Shown here: positions 27,006-33,272 of the stretch, piece by piece
Layout: each line of letters opens with the position of its first letter
Position numbering within the stretch: the first letter of the stretch is position 1
NCBI GenBank assembly: GCA_964455675.1
Contig: CAYVYK010000006.1
Span: 80,356 to 113,627 of the forward strand
Reading direction: 5' to 3'
DNA: 33,272 bases
Source: an uncultured Methanosarcinales archaeon
GTDB taxonomy: Archaea > Nanobdellota > Nanobdellia > Woesearchaeales > CAYVYK01
Translations under genes and position numbers: made by a program
Notes under the pieces: model-generated
Databases searched by the model: none
Told to the model about the DNA's origin: nothing
What the model saw: only the letters and a program-made list of their open reading frames with translations

Positions 27006-27964
27006 AATTGGTGGATAGCGCTTACACATTCTCTCTCGAACGAGAGAAACATTTTCCCCCCATGGTGCAGCTCACTATCACGAATGTGTGCGATATGGCA
27101 TGCACGCAGTGTGCGCATCCCGTGTATCGACGAGAAGAAGGATACAAGCCCTCGTTCATGGACATGGATCTCTATCATAAGATTACCGAAGAAATGAAGA
27201 ATCATCCATGGTCTGTACTCCGAATCTTCGGGTGGGGAGAGCCACTCCTGCATCCGCATCTTGCAGAAATGATCGCAGAAGCAAAAGCACGAGGAATTGA
27301 GAGCACGAATCTTATCACAAACGGCCTCAAGCTCGATCAGGATATCAGCACAAAACTTGTACGATCAGGGCTTGACGTGCTTGAGATAAGCCTTGATGCC
27401 GCAACACCGCAAACGTACGCCCTCATTCGAGGGAGCGAACGGAACCACCAGATTGTTGCGGAAAACATCCGACGCTACGTGCAGATCCGGGATGATCTCA
27501 AAGGCTGGACGTACGTTACCGTAAGTATCATCAACCAGCCCAAAGCAGCACACGAGATAGAAGACTTCAGACGCGCATGGCAGGGAATAGCGGACGACGT
27601 CATTGTCCGCACATTCCACGACTTTCAAGGGTACGCTCTGGACGGGGGCACTATCACACTTCCACCGAGGCACCCTTGCAGATGCCTATGGTCACGATTC
27701 AATGTGAATTCGGAAGGTCTCGTCAACATTTGCTTCAATGATTGGCACAATAAAGACGTGCTCGGAGACCTAAAAGATCCGGCCGCGAGCATCGCACAGA
27801 TATGGACAAGTCCGCGGTACGAAGAATACCGTGCGAGCCATCTCGACGGAAAACCAAAGGGAATATGCGGGAAATGCAGGGACTGGATAGGGGCAAGCTG
27901 GTCCACGCCGTACGAGACGCTCATTACTCGTGCGCAGGCACGCATCGCGGAGCGACGACGCTGA
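27002..27964 (+). CDS. Radical SAM enzyme with twitch/SPASM-type auxiliary domain
   Basis: CDMACTQC; GWGEPLLHP; ITNG; ISLDA; PCRCLW...GLVNICFND...CGKC. Confidence 0.93.
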   Translation: MKLVDSAYTFSLEREKHFPPMVQLTITNVCDMACTQCAHPVYRREEGYKPSFMDMDLYHKITEEMKNHPWSVLRIFGWGEPLLHPHLAEMIAEAKARGIESTNLITNGLKLDQDISTKLVRSGLDVLEISLDAATPQTYALIRGSERNHQIVAENIRRYVQIRDDLKGWTYVTVSIINQPKAAHEIEDFRRAWQGIADDVIVRTFHDFQGYALDGGTITLPPRHPCRCLWSRFNVNSEGLVNICFNDWHNKDVLGDLKDPAASIAQIWTSPRYEEYRASHLDGKPKGICGKCRDWIGASWSTPYETLITRAQARIAERRR

Positions 27965-27995
27965 GATACCTTTTGAGCATGAGGTAGCGAGAGCT

Positions 27996-28754
27996 ATGCA
28001 AGCAATCATCCTAGCTGGAGGAAAGGGAAACAGACTTTTGCCACTCACCAACTATGTACCCAAACCGCTCCTCCCAATCAGGGGAGAACCAGCGATCAAA
28101 CTCGTCATCGAATCGCTTGTTCGCGCAGGAGGAAAAAACATCATCATCGTGCTACCTACGAACCGAGGAGCTCTCGAAGACTACCTTCTGCACCTCCAGA
28201 CTGATGTACCGATCACGTACGCGCACACTCATCCCTATGAAAATCGAAGGGGTATGGCCATTGGCGTCATGCAAACCGAACAGCTAGTCGGAGAGCATTT
28301 TGTTGTGACCGCATGCGACACAGTGTTTCCTGCATCCTACATACAGGAGCTCTATACTTACCACACCAAGAACTTTTGCGATGCCACATTAAGCGTGAGT
28401 GACCTTGGAGCGCGAGATCTCCTCGTCGGGAAAAGCGTAGTAGAGATATCTGCTTCGGGCGACATCATCAACATAATTGAGAAACCAACACTTGAGCAGG
28501 TTACCACATCGCTCGTATCAACACCTCTCTACGCGTTCAGCAAGAAAATATTCCCGCACCTTGAGAAGCTGGAGCCGTCGAGGCGAGGAGAGTACGAACT
28601 ACAGGACGCAATCAACTCCATGATACGATCAAAAGGAGTCGTCAGAGGATTCATGAATCCTCTCTGGAATTCTCTGGACGAATGGGTGATGCTGAACGAC
28701 GGATACGAATTCCTGAGACTCAACTTTCCCTATCTCAAACTACCACCAAGGTGA
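27996..28754 (+). CDS. Nucleotidyltransferase, sugar-1-phosphate NTP transferase family
   Basis: AIILAGGKGNRLLPLT...PKPLLPI; IIEKP; SRRGEYELQDAI. Confidence 0.93.
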   Translation: MQAIILAGGKGNRLLPLTNYVPKPLLPIRGEPAIKLVIESLVRAGGKNIIIVLPTNRGALEDYLLHLQTDVPITYAHTHPYENRRGMAIGVMQTEQLVGEHFVVTACDTVFPASYIQELYTYHTKNFCDATLSVSDLGARDLLVGKSVVEISASGDIINIIEKPTLEQVTTSLVSTPLYAFSKKIFPHLEKLEPSRRGEYELQDAINSMIRSKGVVRGFMNPLWNSLDEWVMLNDGYEFLRLNFPYLKLPPR

Positions 28755-28758
28755 TACC

Positions 28759-30081
28759 ATGAAACCATTTATCCTGCGAGAAGAGTATTTCGGCGCAAGC
28801 GTCATTCGGCGGAAGAATCTTACGTTCTTTTTCTTGAACGAATGGCAAACAGAATTCCTCAAAGAGATTCCGCACGCAAGCATCAGGGCGAGCATGCAAA
28901 GTGTATCAGCGCGCTCCCATGTCCCATTGTCAGACCTTGAACGATTCGCTTCTGAACAACAAGCGAAGGGGATGCTAGGCAGAGAGGGAGAGAGCGAGTA
29001 TACCGTTCGAGAGATGACGGAGGACAAACAATCGCTTCCACGAGGAATCCTCAAAAGCCCGCTACGACTCTACTTTGAGGTCACAAGGAAATGCAACCTG
29101 CGCTGCAAGAACTGCTTTTCATCGTCTGGCAATGCATTCACAGATGAGCTTACGCACGCAGAAGTGCTCAAGACGCTAGATGAACTACGAGCAGCAGACG
29201 TTCTTGAAGCGCGCATCACGGGCGGAGAACCGACACAGCGGGACGGATGGCGGGATATCATCAGCCACGCAAAAGACCTCGGCCTAGCGGTATCCCTTAA
29301 CACGAATGGAGTATATCCTGATCCAAATGTGCGGGATGATATCCTAAGGCTAGGAGTTGACCAAGTCATCATCAGCCTCGATGGGAACAAGGATGCGCAC
29401 GAAAGCTTGCGAGGAGAAGGAACATACGCGAAAACACTCGAGACCATACGATACCTCAGCGAGCGGGCAAACAATGTTCGCATCAACACGATCCTCAAGG
29501 AAGAGACAGTTCCGCACATCCCAAAACTCATTCATATGGCGCACGATCTTGGAACAGAAATGTGTTTCATCCTCCTAAGACCAGTGGGCAGGGGGGAAGA
29601 GCTCTTCGACGCAATACCCTCCCTTCATGCGCTTTACGATGGAGTGCGGCTCGTAAAGGAACTTCGCAAGCAATACCCGGAAACAAAAATCCTCACAAGC
29701 TACGACGTCATCCAGGCAAACGCTGTTATGGCGGCACCTGATGTTGACCTAACTGGATGTGCAGCTGCGCTGCGAGGATGCGGCATCAGCAGCAAAGGCC
29801 GCGTGGAGTGCTGCGGATTTCTTGCGGAACTCACGGACGAATATACTCCTGGCAATATCCGGGATCATGGCTACAGCGTTCTTTCCATGTGGCGAAACTC
29901 TCCGCGTGTGCAAGCATTCCGCGAGCTTAACATCGCACGCAATAAAGAATGCGTCCAATGCCCCAGCTATGACGTCGCATGCTTTGGCAGCTGCGCTGCC
30001 ATGCATGTCTACCGCAGCGTGAATCCAAGAGGAAAGGACCCCTACTGTGTGCGCGATCGCTCCTGCGGTGGTGGACCATGA
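28759..30081 (+). CDS. Radical SAM/SPASM enzyme with RRE/PqqD-like N-terminal extension
   Basis: CNLRCKNC; TGGEP; SPASM GCAA...GRVECC...CVQC...CFGSC...DPYC; N-terminus LREEYFGA...FFLNE. Confidence 0.92.
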   Translation: MKPFILREEYFGASVIRRKNLTFFFLNEWQTEFLKEIPHASIRASMQSVSARSHVPLSDLERFASEQQAKGMLGREGESEYTVREMTEDKQSLPRGILKSPLRLYFEVTRKCNLRCKNCFSSSGNAFTDELTHAEVLKTLDELRAADVLEARITGGEPTQRDGWRDIISHAKDLGLAVSLNTNGVYPDPNVRDDILRLGVDQVIISLDGNKDAHESLRGEGTYAKTLETIRYLSERANNVRINTILKEETVPHIPKLIHMAHDLGTEMCFILLRPVGRGEELFDAIPSLHALYDGVRLVKELRKQYPETKILTSYDVIQANAVMAAPDVDLTGCAAALRGCGISSKGRVECCGFLAELTDEYTPGNIRDHGYSVLSMWRNSPRVQAFRELNIARNKECVQCPSYDVACFGSCAAMHVYRSVNPRGKDPYCVRDRSCGGGP

Positions 30082-30650
30082 TTGATGAACCTCTTCTTGC
30101 ACGCATCAGGGCCCTTGCGCACCGCATACATCCGCGACACAACATGGAAGGGCACATTCTGCCCGTCGTGCAGATATCCCTTGAGCTTGCACAAGAACTT
30201 GATACGACAGATATTTCCGTAGTTGAGGCGGCCGCGTACCTTCACGACGCTGGGCGCGTAAGGTTCGGGTGCTACAGGCATGACGTGACAGGATCGATCT
30301 ATGTTGATTGGAAACTTCGGCAGTATCACGTCCCTCGGGCTGCGCGAGAGCATATCGTCTCATGTGTCCGAACGCACCGAGGAACGAAGGAGCATCCGCC
30401 TCAGAGCATTGAAGCAGAAATCGTCGCGAACGCAGATGCCCTGTCGCACTTTGAATGCATCCTGTACGAATTCGGAATCCATTACTCCCATACCCACAGC
30501 GTTCGAAAAACCTCGGAGTGGTACAAGACGAAGTGTGAGTATGACCTAGCGCGCAAACTCACGATACCAGGTGCGCGAACCCGAGCTATACACCACTACA
30601 CGCACTTCGTCTCGCCACTCTTATCCACGCTTGCGAGGTATGTGCAATGA
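30078..30650 (+). CDS. HD-domain phosphohydrolase
   Basis: GHILPV...AAYLHDAGR...HDVTG...RTH...IVANADALSH; ATGA overlaps at both ends. Confidence 0.9.
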   Translation: MIDEPLLARIRALAHRIHPRHNMEGHILPVVQISLELAQELDTTDISVVEAAAYLHDAGRVRFGCYRHDVTGSIYVDWKLRQYHVPRAAREHIVSCVRTHRGTKEHPPQSIEAEIVANADALSHFECILYEFGIHYSHTHSVRKTSEWYKTKCEYDLARKLTIPGARTRAIHHYTHFVSPLLSTLARYVQ

Positions 30651-32089
30651 AGCGCGTTCTGCTCGTCGGGCCGCACGCACAAAACATACGTACCGGGCAA
30701 TACCTTGCCCCACCACTCGGAATACATCGACTTGCGAGCTACCTACGAGCACGAAACCTCGCAGAAGTGGATGTCATCGATCCATGCCTTCAGCATGAAC
30801 CTCTCGATCGAGCGTATGATTACATCGGTACTAGCATGTTGCATCCAACATTGCCAGTCGATATCGATTTTCTCTACCGTGCGAGGCAAGCCCAACCAAA
30901 AGCGACAATTATTGGAGGAGGTCAGGGAGCAAAGTTTCACGCGGAAATGCTCCTGCGAGAGACTCCGCTGGATATGATCATACAAGGCTGGGGGGAAAAA
31001 CCACTCGCCGCGTTAATCAGCGGTGAACAACCTGAACGCATCCCTGGAATACTCACACGCGACATAAAGGGAATGCCCGAAGAACAAGTAACAACGCATG
31101 AATTCCGAGAAATCTCGATGTCCATTGACTTTTCAACAATACCTTTTCGACGATATTGGGAACATATGAACGCGATCTATCGACCGGAGCACCAGCGACT
31201 CATGAAAACCGAGGGCATGATGCGCACCGTGCGCCTGATGACATCAAATTACTGCCCCATGGGTTGTACGTTCTGTTCATCAACACGGTTCCTCGGTAGC
31301 CATCAGCGCTTTTATCAGCTTGATGCAGAGGATGTCGTTAAACTCATGGAATCGGCTCGGAAAGCGGAACCTGAGGTTGAGAGCTATTACTTCAACGACG
31401 ATGACTTCATGATCAATACCAAACGAATGACAGCCTTCTGCACTCTTGTGCGTGAAAAGTTTCCCGAACACCATCTCATGTGCATGGGACGTATCGATGA
31501 TCCTGACGGTGACATGCTCACACGGATGGCTGGCAGTGGTTTCTCCATCATCTTTTATGGCGTGGAAACATTCTCTGACCGTTTAGCCATGGAAATTGGA
31601 AAGAGCTCCATCCCAAGCTATGGACCCATGGCATACCAGAAGGTCCTTGACACCATCGCAGCAGGGATAACTCCGCAGATTTCACTTATGCTTTTTATCC
31701 CAACGACAACCGACAAGGATCTTGAGACAACCATTGATGTGACCGTTGATCTCTTGTCGCAAGGCGCCCGCGCAACAGTGTTTCCTTACGTTGAGGCTTT
31801 TGCCGGGACACCCATTGTAGACCACCATAACGTTCAAACTCAAACTTATTCCATACATGGTCAAGAATTCACACTGCCCACTGTTGTTTTACCTGATGAC
31901 GTGAGTATACGCATGCTTGCGGAACGGGCAATAAAGAGAAAACATACGTACAACTCACTCTGCGGTCCGCGTTACGGAGGAGTTATACCCCAGCCCATAG
32001 ACACGCTGCACCTCTTTAAATCAGTCTATGAGGAAATGGGAAAACCAACTTCTACGATCGACAACCTTCTTCTGACTATGGTCGAGTGA
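30647..32089 (+). CDS. Cobalamin-binding radical SAM enzyme
   Basis: PPLGIHRLASYL and IIGGG..A, D.IIQGWGE in B12 domain; CPMGCTFC; FNDDDF; YGVET. Confidence 0.92.
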   Translation: MKRVLLVGPHAQNIRTGQYLAPPLGIHRLASYLRARNLAEVDVIDPCLQHEPLDRAYDYIGTSMLHPTLPVDIDFLYRARQAQPKATIIGGGQGAKFHAEMLLRETPLDMIIQGWGEKPLAALISGEQPERIPGILTRDIKGMPEEQVTTHEFREISMSIDFSTIPFRRYWEHMNAIYRPEHQRLMKTEGMMRTVRLMTSNYCPMGCTFCSSTRFLGSHQRFYQLDAEDVVKLMESARKAEPEVESYYFNDDDFMINTKRMTAFCTLVREKFPEHHLMCMGRIDDPDGDMLTRMAGSGFSIIFYGVETFSDRLAMEIGKSSIPSYGPMAYQKVLDTIAAGITPQISLMLFIPTTTDKDLETTIDVTVDLLSQGARATVFPYVEAFAGTPIVDHHNVQTQTYSIHGQEFTLPTVVLPDDVSIRMLAERAIKRKHTYNSLCGPRYGGVIPQPIDTLHLFKSVYEEMGKPTSTIDNLLLTMVE

Positions 32090-32147
32090 TCTTCATCATG
32101 ATATCAAGAGCGAAGTGGACACATCAAACCATTTCCCTTAACCTATC

Positions 32148-32759
32148 CTATTGGACAACCAATCCCGTGCATCTCCAGTTGATTTCCGCGGTAGCTGTTT
32201 CGAGATTTATGACACACGCAGGACTACATCCTTCCTTCTGAAGGTCAAGGTTGATCCAGAGCGTGCTTGTGCCTTCATTGCAGACATATGTAGAAGGGTC
32301 AAGGATGAGAGCATCGCCACACTCGCTGGATAACGCTATTGTCACAGCTTGGCCGAGCGTCATCGTGTTTCCCTTGGTATCGGTGCACGAAAATTCTGTC
32401 GTGTCTGCTGGGCATTCCCCTTGGGTGTAGCTTACGACTTTCATCGCGGCACACGCACCACAGCCGTTGCCAAATGTCTGATAGACTGTCTTACCTGAAT
32501 TCAGAACAATCTCACCACAGACAGGAGCGTACTCCATCGTGCACATCTTATTTGTACTCTCCTCGGCAGTGCAGATGTGCTTGCCACAGTCCTCTTCCCA
32601 AGCACGGATGCACTTTTGCTTGTCCTCGCACCATGAGTAGCCGGCGGCGATGAGGCAGCCATGCTCGTCCTTGTCTCCGCCGATCGGTTGGGGCTGGCAG
32701 CCTATAGCAACAATACACAACACCGCACATACGATACTCATTAGTTTCATGCACATCAC
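32148..32759 (-). CDS. Cys-rich lipoprotein with Kazal-like module
   Basis: Lipobox AIGC; GGDKDEHGCLIAAGYSWC...CIRAWEE module; CTMEYAPVCG...TFGNGCGAC; CSPACVI...EINWRCTG. Exact start codon uncertain. Confidence 0.8.
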   Translation of the reverse strand: MMCMKLMSIVCAVLCIVAIGCQPQPIGGDKDEHGCLIAAGYSWCEDKQKCIRAWEEDCGKHICTAEESTNKMCTMEYAPVCGEIVLNSGKTVYQTFGNGCGACAAMKVVSYTQGECPADTTEFSCTDTKGNTMTLGQAVTIALSSECGDALILDPSTYVCNEGTSTLWINLDLQKEGCSPACVINLETATAEINWRCTGLVVQ

Positions 32760-32828
32760 CTATCCGAACCTCCAGGCATGAGGGTTTAAATATGTTGGGG
32801 ATACTTCAACCCCAATAGAAGTGAACGC

Positions 32829-33077
32829 ATGCAATCCGAACGCGACCTTGTCATTTCCATGCAGCAGAAGATTTTGGTTGAGATTATCACCGGGAGGGCT
32901 GCTCGACGCGATACGAGAGTGCAAGATCTGTTTGATGCCTTTGGGCCCCGAAACTATGAGAGCGTCAGAAAGGCGATTGATACTCTCGTTAGGACCAAGA
33001 TTCTCCGGCGAAGAAATGATACACTCTTCATTAACCGGAAGAAACAGAAATTGATTGACGCAATACTACGCATATAG
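32829..33077 (+). CDS. Small basic protein, possible winged HTH
   Basis: 82-aa ORF after TTTAAATA; helix pattern VRKAIDTLVRTKILRR followed by short beta strands. Confidence 0.55.
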   Translation: MQSERDLVISMQQKILVEIITGRAARRDTRVQDLFDAFGPRNYESVRKAIDTLVRTKILRRRNDTLFINRKKQKLIDAILRI

Positions 33078-33162
33078 CTTTGCATGGTCTAAACAGTATA
33101 GATTACCGATGAGTCCCTTGCGCACAAAGCCTTAAATGCACCAATGCCCATAGCTGAACACG

Positions 33163-33272
33163 ATGGGACGGTATCCACGAATTTCTGACACTCCGGACAG
33201 TTTTGATAAGAATAGAAAGATCTGCAGGAATTGTGCGAACCTAGTCGCTAGCGGACGACGGCATTACTGCTC
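33163..33272 (+). CDS. N-terminal fragment of a Zn-finger protein, possibly HNH endonuclease family
   Basis: MGRYPRISDTPDSFDKNRKICRNCANLVASGRRHYC... open to window end; CxxC...RRxYC pattern. Confidence 0.5.
   Translation, partial: MGRYPRISDTPDSFDKNRKICRNCANLVASGRRHYC

Noticed and set aside
1..33272. CRISPR array, integrase, transposase or provirus
   Set aside because: No regularly spaced repeats or recognisable mobile-element genes were seen by eye.

Overview
Archaeal genomic DNA, most consistent with a DPANN/Woesearchaeota-type metagenome-assembled genome. This is inferred from the gene set (ZPR1, Fap7-type adenylate kinase, DUF460, AbrB-PhoU regulator), BRE/TATA promoters, GGTGA/GGAGG ribosome-binding sites and two 100-N scaffold gaps. 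The left half is mostly housekeeping and orphan genes, including an apparent Ser/Thr-kinase/O6-alkylguanine-transferase (MGMT) fusion. The middle encodes cysteine-rich exported proteins: a tandem GILT/DsbA-like lipoprotein, a vWA-like protein, an AMMECR1-fusion lipoprotein and a prepilin-like protein with an internal Hint (intein-like) domain. The strongest candidate for an undescribed system is a tightly coupled six-gene operon at 26655-32089. It encodes an orphan 116-aa protein, three different radical SAM enzymes (twitch-type, SPASM-type with an RRE-like N-terminus, and B12-dependent), a nucleotidyltransferase and an HD phosphohydrolase, and lies divergent from an AbrB-PhoU regulator across phased TATAT boxes. 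No rRNA, tRNA, CRISPR array or transposase was recognised. All family calls are by motif recognition, not database search.
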